64,000 nucleotides of DNA from Heteronotia binoei (GCF_032191835.1 NC_083237.1:41974001-42038000), one strand, 5' to 3'. Counted from the stretch's first letter, positions 47,776 through 61,323 are shown. The notes: generated from the sequence alone by a model not told the origin. A program made the numbers and translations.

Positions 47776-48797
47776 TGTTAGCCAGAACTACAGACCTGCT
47801 CCAGCTGCTTCTTGTGTGCCCAGTCTTGGCCACTGCAGTAGAAGAAGCCAGGCCACCATGTTTCCAGCCTGCCTCCATGGACCTAGAGCTAACAACAGCA
47901 GAATCCATCTTGCTTTCCTGACCCAAGCATACCCTGCCAGGCTGAACTCATTCCTTCTTAGTGGGAAAGTCACACGTACACACCCTGAGCCTGCAAGCAA
48001 CCCATCTGTTTTATGAATGGATTAATAGCTCAACTGTTGATCCTAATTGCTCAGCAATACCAGAACAATTACTCTTGCCCAGCAGAGGATGAGATAAGAG
48101 GAAGGACATCTCCTGTCTTCATCAAGTCTTTTGTCTAACTTGGGTGGTACCTAGGCCAGCATTTGATTCCCTATTGTCACCTTCCCAGCTAATCCCATTT
48201 AATCTTAAGTATCCAGCCATTTCCATTCTCACCCTAGTCTAATACCTTGGAGCCGCCCCAGGCAGCATTGCAGCTTGGAAATTTCCAGCTTCACCAGACT
48301 AAGGTGAAGTTCATTGGTCAAAACTGGCATCCAATTAGGTGTCAGCAAGGGATGTCCAGCCTTCTTGGTCATCGCAGAACCTCCCATCTCTCCTCCCTTG
48401 GACCTCCCAGTCCCTAAGGGTCTGAGGAAGCCTATTTAACCTCTGACCCAACTCCACTCATGTGTGCTTCTATTCAGCAACCCACCTTCCGCTGTCTAGA
48501 TCCATCCCCAATTCTAGCCACAGTTTTGGGTCCATTTCCCCTGTCCTCTCATGTCGCCATTGGAACCTTCCTGGAAGAACTACGATGGTAAATATCGCCC
48601 TGTATGTCTACCCTGATATGTGTCCCTATCAATCTATCTATTTTTCCTAGACCTGTATGAATGTGTGAATGTTTTGTATTTTACCTTGTGTGAAAGAACT
48701 ATTATATTAAATAAATTACAATTGGTTTTATTAAATTAGAGTCCTTTTATTGAGCATTGACTCTCTGAATGGTTGAGCCTGGTATACACAGATAACA
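47776..48797 (+). mobile_element. Probable solo LTR (~1 kb)
   Basis: TGTTA...TAACA termini; flanks aagag/aagat; TATTTAA-like box and AATAAA near 48710. Confidence 0.45.
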
Positions 48798-51243
48798 AAG
48801 ATTCCTATTGGGCTAGCTGTCTCTCAGTCTAATTCCCCAAGTTATTTTGAGAGCAGTTTCCCTAACACTAGCCTCAGCTGGGCTACTTTGACAGAAAGTT
48901 TGTCAAGTTGTCCAGGAGTTAGCATGCCATAATATATTGCTCTACTACAGAAGTCATTCTTGAGAATGGCAAATTTGATTGGAAAATTTGATTGGAAAAA
49001 CTGGCTGAATCCAACTGTGTGTAATTCCATTGTTCAGTCATCTACACATGTTGTCAATTTGTTTCCATGACAAACTCAAAAGGCACATTTTAGACCTAAT
49101 AAAATCAGTGGATCTGAGAGACCACCTCCCTTATAAGCCTAGCCAAGTTTAACTACTTATGTCATGATCCCCCTGCAAATATTAACATAAGTGAGACTAG
49201 CAGGTATGCAAGTGAAAACCTTTTCAGCTGCAGCAGGTAGCCTGTGGAGTTCTTTGCCTCATGATGAACAAAGGAACTATTTTTTTTTCCTGTAGGTTGT
49301 CTGATGTTTATTCCTTCTGATTTAATCATTGTAAACCTTGTGAACGTGGTTTTGTTGGAATTTATTTTTTGTTTTTTAAAAAAACCTCTAATTGCTGTTT
49401 TCACAAATGTTTCTGCGCTTGGGTTCATTTATACTGCAATTATTTTATTTTGCTTGTTTAATTTCTAGTTGCAGAAAAACCTTGAAAACTAGTTTACCGT
49501 ATAATCCTAAACAGAGTTACATCCATCTATATCCATTCAAGGACTCACAGACATTCCCAATGGCAGTTAGGAGTTGAAATGTTGGCTTGCAAAATACAAG
49601 GTGAAATATACTAGAGTAACTATACTATACTATTTATTAGAGTAACACTAACTATACTGTTAGTGTTCTCTGTGAATTGGATCCAATGACTACCTTCCTT
49701 TCAGAAAGGAATTTTCCTCCAGCAGAAGAAGCATTTCTCTGAAGGAAGGAGACTCCTTCCTTTCAGAGGAAGTCTGAATCACAGAGAACCTATGTGATTC
49801 AACCCTATCTGAAAGTTGATGTGAGAGAATGAAAGTAGCAAGATTATTTTAGCTAAAAGTGATTTTTAATTACACAGCATTTTAATGTGAATTTAAGACA
49901 AAGTTGCATGCAAAAGGTAACATTACAAATCATCGTAACAATAGTTGGGATGTTATGAATTACTGTAAATACAATACAACTTTTTTTTTCTATAGAAATA
50001 ACCATAAAAGTACTAAATTCCAAGATACACAAAACATAACTTAGTATCAAACAATGCCAACAGAACTTTCTGCCAGTAGTAGTTTCCTTGTAAAAAGTCT
50101 TTGTAAAATGTTCCACGTAAGAAGTTCCACTTCACTGATGGGAAAACCCTAATGCTGACACTGATAATAGGTAAGTAGAGTCAATCAACAAAACTCATGG
50201 AAGTTGACTAAGAGCTTTTCTAAACATTTCTACAGGTTTTAGACTTTAAAGGGTTTGTTTTTCCAGTTCTCAGAATTCAGTTTGGCACAGAATATTCATA
50301 GCCTGGTCTATTCCAGAGACTATTCCATCATCTTCCCTATATCTTTCATAAACTTGTCAGAAAACTATCTTCCCAGGGGGCAGTTTTAGAATCTACTATT
50401 AACCATGTAATCCTAAACAGAATCATAACCTTCTAAACCCATTTACTTCAGTTGTTTAAGATGGGTTTTATCCTTCTTATTGCACAGTCAGAGAAGTATT
50501 CTAATTTGATGACATGGGATATTATCAACCAGCAAAGGGGCTTTCAATTTTTTATTGCCTTCTATTAAGAATCTTAACTATATTACTTAAAAACCATACC
50601 AAAATACCATCCCAAATCTAAAGGGATGAAAAATCAGTTTATATGATCAGTTTATATAATGTGTATGAGACTGCATCAATTCAAGATCAATCCATCAATT
50701 CAACATCAATTCAAGACACAGATGAAGACTTGGTTCACTGTTATTCTTGAATGTTTTCTACAAATACATTTCTGTCATGATTTTAGATCACAATGAATAT
50801 TTCTATTTTTATGTGTTTGATGCAAAAAGTTTTATGTGATTCGATTGTACAAGCTGGTCACTGACTGTAACAATAAACTTGACACTATGTGTTTACCGAC
50901 AAAGAGTTTTGAAGGAAGACAGAGGGGGACTGAAATGAGGAGGTGCCCCCCAATATAGTAAAGTGTATGGATCTTGCATATGTTCTTGTCAGGCTCAAAT
51001 TGTCCCACTAACCACTACCAACAGTGACTAACGTGGAAGTCAAGCATCAGAAAAACAAAACAGATACCAGTTTTTCAGCTTGATCTTCCTTGACTCCCAT
51101 TCTCACCGCAGTTCCTATCCTGCACAGATTTTGTGCATATAGGACCCACAATTCCCATCACTTGACATCATTAATCCCTCTGTTACAATTTGACAAGCCA
51201 GCAGGATCCAATTCATGAAGTAGGCCATAAGTAGTGTACTAAT

Positions 51244-52230
51244 TTAATGTGGATAGCCCCCTTTCAGTTTCAAAAAGCTAACTCTTTGAATGCTCACAAA
51301 GAACAGTAATTTCCTGAAAAATTTGCTTCCAGCTATCTTTACTTCTTTGTTTCTCAAGCTATATATTAGTGGGTTAAGCATTGGAGTCAGGATAGAATAG
51401 GAAATAGAAAAGGTTTTCTTGATATGTCTTAAGTTCCTGGACCTTGGCAGCAGATAGACAAGCATCAAAGTTCCATAATACAAGGTAACAACAGAAAGAT
51501 GAGAAGAACAAGTGGAGAAGGCCTTTTGTCTTCCAGTGGTGGAGGGAATTCTGAGGATAGCAACTATGATGAAACCATAAGATGATATGGTGAGGACAAA
51601 GGGAGGGAGAGTGAAAATACAAGCAAATACAAAGGATGTGAGTTCAACTAAATACGTGTCACTGCATGAGATATATCTTATGTCAGGAACAACATCACAA
51701 AAAAAGTGATCAATTTCATTAGGACCACAGAATGATAGCCGTGATATATTCAAAGTCAAGCTTGTGCTGACCAAAATTCCACTGACCCAAGACACAATTG
51801 CTAGCTGGAAGCTCAACCTCCCATTCATAAGAGTAGCATAATGGAGTGGTTTACATATTGCCAAATACCTGTCAAATGACATCATGGAGAGGAGGTAGCA
51901 TTCAGTACCTCCAAGACAAGCATAGATGAAAAATTGTATGAGGCAGGCTTTGACAGATATACTCCTTTCCCCTGTCAAGAGACTTGACAACATCTTAGGC
52001 ACAATGGTGGAGCTGCAGCAGATTTCTATGAAAGAGAGATTTCCCAAGAAGAAGTACATAGGGGTGTGGAGGTGTTTATCAGTCACAACTAGCACAACAA
52101 TTAGGAGATTTCCAGTCATAGTTATCAGGTAGATCATAAAGAACAACAGGAACAGAAGAACTTGAAAATTTGGGAGATCTCCAAATCCCAGAAGTATGAA
52201 TTTAGAAACAGCTGATTTATTCTGCCACAT
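51244..52230 (-). CDS. Olfactory receptor, class II, intact (328 aa from MWQNKS)
   Basis: [50 protein letters not shown]; the ORF-track start at 52251 is a GTG just after the splice acceptor, and the first ATG is at 52230. Confidence 0.93.
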   Translation of the reverse strand: MWQNKSAVSKFILLGFGDLPNFQVLLFLLFFMIYLITMTGNLLIVVLVVTDKHLHTPMYFFLGNLSFIEICCSSTIVPKMLSSLLTGERSISVKACLIQFFIYACLGGTECYLLSMMSFDRYLAICKPLHYATLMNGRLSFQLAIVSWVSGILVSTSLTLNISRLSFCGPNEIDHFFCDVVPDIRYISCSDTYLVELTSFVFACIFTLPPFVLTISSYGFIIVAILRIPSTTGRQKAFSTCSSHLSVVTLYYGTLMLVYLLPRSRNLRHIKKTFSISYSILTPMLNPLIYSLRNKEVKIAGSKFFRKLLFFVSIQRVSFLKLKGGYPH

Positions 52231-52844
52231 TTTCTTTGCAATATATGGCACCTAGAAAAAGTTAAAAAAATACAAACTCTCAACAAAATAATTCATGATG
52301 TCATATTTTGAAGCAAAGCATAAAGACCCCCATGTGTAATGATTTATCCAAAATTTTCTTGGCCACATGGAGCCATTATGATAAACAATATGATAAATTG
52401 TGGGTCATGATTGTAGTTGCAGCAAGACCCAGTTAGAGGTGACACTAAAATGGAGGCAGTCCAATCACTCAGGATCTGTTACTTGGCACCAAACCATAAT
52501 TTCAGTCTAGGATATGTTACTTTAGCTTGTTAATCCCTTTTTGAACTAATTGGATTTTTCCAGTTTTGGACTAATTGGATTTGATGACTGAATTTGTTCA
52601 GAATTCGGTGCAATTGAATATTGTTGAATTTTGTTGACTATTGTATCAACAATTGTGGCTAATGACAATGGATTAAAGGATAGCAAATCTCACACGGTCT
52701 GTAAAGATTTTCCCCCCTCCCTTTTGAACACAGAAACACAGGAAGCCACTTTATATTGAATACAGTTGGTACTATTGTCTAAGGCTGTCAGTGGTTCTCC
52801 ATAGTCTCAGGCAGAGATCTTTTTCATGCTTGAAAGCTGACAGT

Positions 52845-55397
52845 AGAAGACATAGGACAACCCTATCATCATCAAGCTGCATTCCAAAGTGACAGGTGCC
52901 CCGCCCACCCACCCCCCAGCCCCCACACCCACCAATGAATGCTGGATGTTTCCTATGGGAACTGAGGCAACTGTCCTGATGGGGCTCCTGACTTCCTGAT
53001 CCCCCCGCAAATGAATGTCAGATGTTTCCTGTGGGAAAAAACATCTATGGGGTCTGTATGTATATATATAGCTGTATGTATATATATATATATATACACA
53101 TAAGTGTGTATGTGTATATATATATATATAGCTTCTGTGGATCTCTACCATATTGGGCTACCTTAAATAAGGCTCTTAATTTCTTTTCCCAAGAAGAGCA
53201 GTCCTGGTCAAACCATTTGGACATATTAGGACTACCTAATTTCCCCACTTCAGTTTTTGAGCTGCAAAGATGAAAATGTTTCTTGTGAGGTCATGAAAAG
53301 GATAAAGTGGTCTTTATCTCAAGAAAGAGATTTCATTGCTCTTTTTAAGTCTGGGAGGTTTAAAAAAATTAGGAATGGCAGTTACAAATTCAAATACAGT
53401 TGCTGAAGCCCTATCTGAACATGCTTTGCTGATTAATCTTTGCAGCTCGAAAGCTGAAGTGGTGAAATTAGGTAGTCCTAATTCTGTGTATAATATATTA
53501 ATTCTGTGTCCTAATATATTATAAAACAACATAACCCTTTTTTTGTAACCTTCCGCTGATGCACTTTCCAGCCTCTGTAAGACCATTGACCTGTGGACCT
53601 GACCTTTTAGAACACCTTGGAAGCCAAAATGCTATTTGTTTTATAGCAATAATATAAACTGAAAACCTCTAGTTTGTGTGTTTTTTTAAAAGCCGTGTTC
53701 CGAAGCTCCTTGGAAGAAATCACTTTCCCAGACATGGGCCTGTGAGACCTCTTGTTTTGACAGGCAGAGCTAGATTCCCCAGGCTGGAGACAGCCAACCT
53801 GTCAATAATCATTTTTTGTGAAATTCTCACTTTTAATCTTAACTTTTATCCCGGCTCTACAGTTTATAACAATTGTGCCTTACAATAATGCTGAGAATCT
53901 GCTTGTTAAAGTGTAAATTATTTATATAATGACCTTTCTCTCAGAGTCCTTTTGCAAAGAGGGGTGGAATATAAAGCCAAAGTAAGTTAATAAATAAAAC
54001 AAAATTACCCTATATAGCAGGGTTTCTTAGCAGAGTGGGGGTCTCAAATTAGGGTCTCTCAAATCCCTGTCTAACACTTTAATAGTTATGGCATGCTGAC
54101 TCTGGAAATGTATTGCATGAGAACCTAATCTCCACACTTCTCTCTGCTTATCTTGACCCCTGTCTTAGCTGTGGCAGCTTTAAAAACAACCATACTTTTG
54201 GTAAGATTTTTGCTGATGGGAGTCTAATACCCTGTGTTAGTGGCACCCATTGAACTGTTTATACACAGACTATATTATAAAACAACATGACCCTTTTTCT
54301 GTAACCTTCCACTAATGCACTTTCCAGCCTCTGTAAGACCGCTGACCTCTGGACCTGACCTTTTAGAACACCTTGGAAGCCAAAATACTATTTGTTTTAT
54401 AGCAATAATATAAACTGAATAATATAAACTGAAAAGCTCTACCTTGATTGTTTTTTAAATGGTGGGTGGGAGTAAGGCATTGCAGAAATCTTTTCCCCAG
54501 ACATGTGGCTGGGAGAACTGTTTTTGCAAGGAGGTGGGTGAGTTTAGGCTTTTGCATCAAGATGTTTGCTTTTAAATAGGAAAAGCTATGCATTGAAAAA
54601 TCACAGGCCAAAAGAACTGGAAATTTTAAAAATGTTCTTTGCATTGAAATGTACAAAGAAGCTAAAAAAGCAGAAATAAGCCATGATGTAAAAAAAAGGG
54701 GTGGGAACCTTAAGCATAAAAAGGAGTTTTGCTATGCTCTTTTCCTGCACATCTAAAATTTCTTTGTTAGGTGATTCATATTGTGCCTATCAGACCATTG
54801 CTATTAAGCTTTTCTTCTGAAAAAATATGCATTTAAAACCAGAGGCTTGGGCAGCCCAAAGAATTGAAATTTTTTTTAAAATGTTATTTGCATTGAAGTA
54901 TGAAGGGAAACAAACCAGACACATCTCTGCACATCTAAAATGCTGTTAGGTGTTTTACATTTGTGACTGCCAGCACACTGGCAGAACTAGTCCTTTTTCT
55001 CAGAAAAGAGGGCAAAATAGTGGACGAGTGTGTGTGTGAGGAGGGAAGCAAAGGAAATCTGTATTGCTGAAAAGGGGAACGTAAATATTTTTTTAACCTT
55101 CCGTCTGCGAAGGACAAAAAAAATAGTAAATTTGAAACTTAGAATCTCCTGTTTGGAGATTGGTAACATTGCTGTGAGTACCGGCAAAGAACAAAAGGAT
55201 GCTTTCTTAATCCTCTGAGAACAGGCACTGAAGATGCTAGAAAATGTTAGGATTTAATGTGGAAAAGGGCATAAGAAATGGTGGATGCTTACAATTAATG
55301 GGGCAGAGATATTAGAATGGGGGGCAGAAGTAGTCTTTCTTGAAGTTGAACAACTCTTTCCCCCCTGTAAAACATAGACTGGATTAGGAGACCACAG

Positions 55398-55454
<57 letters not shown>

Positions 55455-55780
55455 TTTTCCCTGTAAAACATAGCTTTCCCCCAAAGCACCACTTTTGTAC
55501 ATGCACAAATGCCCTGCATTAGGGATGCCAAGCTCCAGGTGGAGATCTCCATTCCCCAATGGAGGCTGTTGTCCTCAGACCCCATAGATGTTTTTTCCCA
55601 CAGGAAATATCTGGCATTCATTTGCGGGGGCATCAGGAAGTCTGGAACCCCATCAGGACAGTTGCCTCAGTTCCCATAGGAAACATCCAGCATTCATTGG
55701 TGGGTGTGAGGGCTGGGGGGGGGGGGCACCTGTCACTTTGGAATGCGGCTTGATGATGATAGGGGTGTCCTATGTCTTCT
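52845..55780. mobile_element. 2.9-kb non-coding element with ~210-bp terminal inverted repeats; candidate non-autonomous Polinton/Maverick derivative
   Basis: TIRs 52845-53056 and 55576-55780 (AGAAGACATAGG...CCTATGTCTTCT); flanks GACAGT / GACAAT (5/6); internal direct and inverted repeats. Confidence 0.6.
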
Positions 55781-56899
55781 GACAATACTGTTTATTGAAC
55801 ATGGGATCTTCTGTATGCCAAACAGATGTTCTACCATGAGCCATGGCCTATCTACAAATTTAATCCAAACATTTTCAAAATACTGAATCCCTGGAGTTCA
55901 TCTTACCAGTTTTTCAACTTGATAATAAATATTGATTTGTCAACTGCACAATGAAATAATGAGATCATGTTAGGAAAAGAAGATCGTCACAAACACCTTT
56001 GACAGTACACATAAGTGTTGATGTTTCTTTTCTTTGTTGAAGTTCATCTGTAAATGAAACATGTTCATCAACTGCAGTTCCATCCTTCAACACTAAAGAC
56101 CCTTGAGCCACTAAAGTCTGGGATGAGCCATAAGACTTGAGAAATTCTATTTGTATCATCACAACTAGGACCCTACTTTGAGCATCTTCTGTCTAGGGCA
56201 AGCATAAAGCCCATATATTTCTTTCAAGCTCAATGAGGTAAAACTACAATGGCAATTGCAAAGAAATAAGAGGGAGGGAGAAATGTAACAACCTCTGATT
56301 CTATGATGTACACCGCCCCAAGAACGGTAGGGTAAAATCAAATGTAATAAATAAATAATAAATTAGTTCAGTGGCACCTTTAATGCCAACAAAGTTTTAT
56401 TCATGGTATAAGCTCTTGTGTGCATGCAGATGAAAACTTATACCTTGATTTAAACTTTGCTAGTCTTAAAGTTGCCACTGGACTTAAACTTTGTCCTGCT
56501 GCTTCAGACCTACATGGCTAGGCTACCCACCTGAATCTAGTATCTGAGCTATGAGCTTGTCAGCTTCTCTAATATCAGAGTTTAACCTTAAGACACGAGG
56601 ATGGCAGACCTCATACTCACTGTATTTCAGAAGGTAATGAAAGAAAAAAATATTTATTCTGCTTTAAGGTGTAGTTGGAAGAATAAACAAATAGTAAAAT
56701 AACCGTGTCTTATTTTATTGTTGAATTCCTGTGCTAATTTTGTTATGGGAGTCATTCCATAAGTGAACTGGTCCATGCAGGGTCATGTATCAGTACTCCA
56801 CAAGACAGCAATAAAATCATCTATAAAAATAATTGTTCCTACCTTTGGTGGATCTTTTTCAGACCAATACACAAATGTACACATTGGCAAGTAGCTTCT

Positions 56900-57065
56900 G
56901 TTAGCTACCTTTCTCCTGATTTCTTACAAAGAGTCTAAGAGGAATGATGTGTCATAACAAGGCCTTCACATAGTAGACTGAAGAATAATGCCCGCATGGG
57001 TTGTTTATTTGTGCTCTGTGAAGCAACGAGGATATCTCCCTTGATATTTCTGATAATGGGCATGT
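56900..57065 (-). promoter_or_regulatory. OR upstream module copy 6 (candidate donor GT at 56908-56907; TCCCTTGA 57037-57044; TAATGG 57054-57059)
   Basis: ctcccttgatatttctgataatgg matches the module core; upstream of OR4, with the TIR element in the intervening putative intron. Confidence 0.5.
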
Positions 57066-58139
57066 TTAATTGTAGGGGGAAAACAAGAAAAGAACTTTCA
57101 GTGAATAGTATTTTCCAGTGGGAATTAGACAACAATTCACAGTGTCCATGTTTAATAGACCTACTCTACATAGAGTGGAAGACACAGTATACAGACCTAA
57201 GGCTGGATCCAACCTGATCTTGCGTTGCAGGAAGAAAAAGAAGAAATGGTTCCCTTTGACCACCCAAAAAAGCTCTGCTGAGGATCATGGAACCTACATG
57301 CTAGAGCAATTACTTGGTTAAGTTATGTCAACAGTGGATGTTTTGTTATTGTTTGATTTTATAACCTGCAGGACCAAATTGTTTCCTTAGCTACCCTACA
57401 CACCTGTCTTGATGGATGCAATCTAGACATAGAGAGGATAGAGGCTTGATTCCTCAGAGCTATTCTGGGGCTGCCTAAATGTATGAGCCTTGTAGTTGAA
57501 TTATGTCTGCCAGGGCTTTCTTTGTGGAAAGAACCCAGCAGGAACTCATTTGCATATTAGGCCCCCCCCCCCCCGCTATCACCATTGTTTCACACAGGGC
57601 TTTTTGTAGAAAAGGTTCAGCAGGACATCACTTGCATATTAGGCCACACCCCCTGACACCAAGTCAGCTAGAACTCAGTTTCTGTGTGTTCCTGCTCAAA
57701 AAAAGCCCTGATGTCCACTATCAGCTATTGCAAGACATAATAACTTCTATCTGACTATTTGCAAAAGAGATTCATTCTCTAGTTTTGTTTTAGTATTGAA
57801 AGATGCAGACTTTATATCAAAAGATGGAATTCACCTACACTACTGACATTTGACAGTCAGAAAGTCTAAGGGTGCTAAAAGACATGTGTGCCAATAAATA
57901 AAAGCTATTTAAAAAAAACCCCCTCCCCACTGGAGTGTATCTGTCCTTAATCAATGATTGCCAAACTGTTTCATTTGGCAGCATTTTATTTATGTGCAGT
58001 TTGGGGCCGGGAGGGGGGGGGGGCTTCAAGAGGCAAACATGTTTAGGTCCAAAACTGTCATTCAATGCCAACCAAACAGACTGAGTAATTAGCTCAAATC
58101 TGATCATCATATCTGAACTTAGTAAGTTTACCTGTAAGC

Positions 58140-59985
58140 GCTAGCATTTCCCCCCCTTCCATCATGGCAAGAGTGATCTATATATGTTTTCAAGGAAGTT
58201 GACAGAATCCTCTCTACTGCACGCCCAACAACTTGTGATCTGGACCCGTGCCCCTCCTGGCTAATTAAAGCTTGCCAGGAGGAGCTGAGATGTCCTATAC
58301 GGGACATCATAAATAGATCTCTTTCAGAGGGTTCTTTTCCAACCCCTCTGAAAGAGGCAGTGGTCCACCCCCTCCTGAAAAAAGCTACATCAGACCCGGC
58401 CGAATTGGCTCATTACCAGCCAGTCTCAAACTTGCCCTTTTTGGGCAAAGTCATAGAGAGGGCTGTGGCGTTGCAGCTACAGAGTTTCCTGGATTACGCT
58501 TCCACTTTAGATCCATTCCAGTCCGGCTTCTGCCTGGGCCATGGGACAGAGACAGTATTGGTAGCCCTCATGGATGATCTCCGGCAACATCTGGACCGAG
58601 GCGGTGCGGCGGTATTGATGTTGTTAGATCTTTCGGCTGCATTCGATATGTTCGACCACCGGCTACTGACCTGCCGCCTTGCCGACGCAGGGATTCAGGG
58701 GTTAGCCTTGCAGTGGCTTTCCTCTTTCCTGGAGGGCCGGGGACAAAGGGTGGCGATTGGGGGAGAGCTGTCCCGGAGACAACCTACTTAATTGTGGGGT
58801 GCCTCAGGGGGCAGTTCTCTCCCCGATGTTATTTAACATCTACATGCGCCCCCTTGCCCAGATTGCCCGGAGATATGGGCTGGATTGTCACCAGTATGCA
58901 GATGACACCCAGCACTATCTATTGATGGGCGGCCGGGCTGCCGATGTCCCTACAAATTTGGACCGGGCGTTGCAAGCTGTGACAGATTGGATTAGGTTGA
59001 GTGGGCTAAAATTGAATCCAGAGAACACAGAGGTCCTTTGCCTAGACCGCGGTGGTCCGGAGGGAGGGATCTCCCTTCCAGCTTTTGACGGTGCGTCACT
59101 GGTACCAGTGCGCAGGGTCAGGAGCTTGGGGGTGCTACTGGAGTCTTCCTTGACAATGGAGGCCCAGATAGCAGCCACTGCCAAATCCGCCTTCTTTCAT
59201 CTTAGGCGGGCAAGGCAGTTGGCTCCCTTCCTGGAACGCAATGACCTGGCAACAGTGATCCATGCAACGGTCACCTCAAGGCTAGACTACTGTAATGCCC
59301 TCTACATGGGGCTGCCCCTGTGCTGAACTCGGAAACTGCAGCTAGTGCAGAATGCGGCAGCTAGACTGCTATTGGGCCTACCCCGGTGGGAACATGTGCA
59401 GCCTAGGCTGCGGGAGCTGCATTGGCTGCCAATTGTATACCGAGTTCATTACAAGGTGCTGGTTATTACCTTTAAAGCCCTATATGGCCGAGGACCTGCC
59501 TACCTTAGGGACCGCCTCTCTATATATGTTCCCCAGAGAGCACTACGATCCAGCTCACAAAACCTTCTGGAAGTACCTGGGCCAAAGGAGGCCAAATTAA
59601 AAACAACTAGAGAACAGGCCTTCTCTATAAAGGCACCCCAATGGTGGAACCAGCTGCTGGAAGAGGTGTGGGCCCTATGGGATATTAGCTAATTCCGTAG
59701 GGCATGCAAAACTGCCCTTTTCCGGCTAGCCTTCTAAGATGGAACTTGAAATAAACATCACACCATCATTAATATAACTGAGATAGTAGCACTATAAGAT
59801 TATATTTTTTAGATTGTTTTTAGATTATTTAAATATTTAAGTGTTAATTGTATTGAATTGTATTATCTTGTTTTATTGTTTTAACATGGCTTTTGCCATG
59901 TCCTGTAAGCCGCCCTGAGCCTGCCTCAGCGGGGAGGGCAGGGTATAAATAAATTATTATTATTATTAATATTATTATTATTATT
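58140..59985 (+). mobile_element. L2 LINE, 5'-truncated (RT to 3' UTR), same family as the 11.5-kb copy
   Basis: YQPVSNLPFL, LDLSAAFD, GVPQGAVLSP, YADDTQ, HWLP; (ATT)n tail. Confidence 0.9.
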
Positions 59986-60194
59986 GTATCAAGCAAAGGG
60001 GGAGAGAAAGTTAGCCATGTCTGTACACCATGTTGGATATCAAAGGGAACACAATTCACCTGCTAAACTTGATGGTTCATAAGTCACTAGTTCTGGCTAT
60101 CTATGCAGAGTACAAAACACAACCACAGGGAGATTGCCAAGCTACAAGACAAGGTGGGTGCACTGTGTTCAGTTTGGTTGCTTACCAGTTATAA

Positions 60195-60610
60195 TAATAA
60201 TAATAAGTTTTTATTTATATCCTGCCCTCCCCACCGGGGCAGGCTCAGGGCGGCTTACAAGACATGATGTGGTTTCATGATATAACAATACAGGTAAAAT
60301 CAATTCGCAATATAAATACAAATACAAATATAAATTAATGTTAAAAAGCTAAAAAACAATATGGTGGTGCTACAGTCTCTATTTATCCAGGCAGCGTAAT
60401 ATTCAGTCTGGTCACGTCTTGAAGGCTTCTTGGAAGAGGGCAGTTTTGCAGGCCCTGCGGAACTGGTTGAGGTCTCGCAGGGCCTGCACCTCCTCCGGCA
60501 GCTGATTCCACCATTGGGGCGCTTTTATAGAGAAGGCCAGCTCCCTAGTTGTTTTAAGTTTGGCATCCTTAGGCCCAGGAATTTTCAAAAGGGCCCAGGG
60601 ATTATGCAAT
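60195..60610 (-). mobile_element. L2 3' fragment
   Basis: PGPKDAKLKTTRELAFSIKAPQWWNQLPEEV...RRACKTALF plus 3' UTR and tail. Confidence 0.85.
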
Positions 60611-61323
60611 TAGATACAATAGGGATAAGACCTCTTTCAGACAACCTCAGACACCAATAGCCTGCAGTCAATCTCAATGTACTTTGGGGGCTAACTTTTT
60701 TTGTTGGCCAATGATAGATTGTTTACATGTCTCTTGGCTTCCACATAATAGGTTGGATCCAGCCAGTTTTAGATCCAATGTTGCCTAATTTCTCTCCTTA
60801 TCACAGACTCCATTCCACATGGCTTTTTCCATGTATTTCTGTGATCCCAAGCATAGCCATCTGGGATGGTCCTGGTTTTACCAGCAAAAAAAGCTGGTTA
60901 GATATAGCCTATTTTATATAAAAGATAAGAGTTACACAATTACAGGTCTGTACATGTTCCAATGTATGTAAATTCATACCACTGAGATCTTACAGCGAAG
61001 TCAGAAGAAACAGATATCACACACCCAATGGATATACTTTGCCCTATGGATGTATAATTTCAATCAAGTGGGTTGGGATCAATTGCTGTTGTTGCTATGT
61101 ATTTGCTTTGATGAATCACATCATCCCAGCTGGTGCTGGGCTCTAGGCAATGTACAACAGTAAAAATGGATACAATAATCAATAAAAACCAATTAACTAA
61201 AAATAGATTACAAACCTGATGATGTCTGTTATAAAGTGCTACCAATTTCTGCTTTCTAGATGCTGCATCGGGGGCAAGGGACCCCGCTTTGAGGGGGGAA
61301 TGGAGGGGGGTGTCAGCCTGTCC

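Noticed and set aside
52231-52251. N-terminal extension MPYIAKK of OR4
   Set aside because: The start is GTG right after the splice acceptor; the first ATG is at 52230
53057-55450. Regularly spaced repeats as a CRISPR-like array
   Set aside because: These are microsatellites and irregular duplications inside a TIR element in a vertebrate genome; there is no repeat-spacer periodicity and no cas genes
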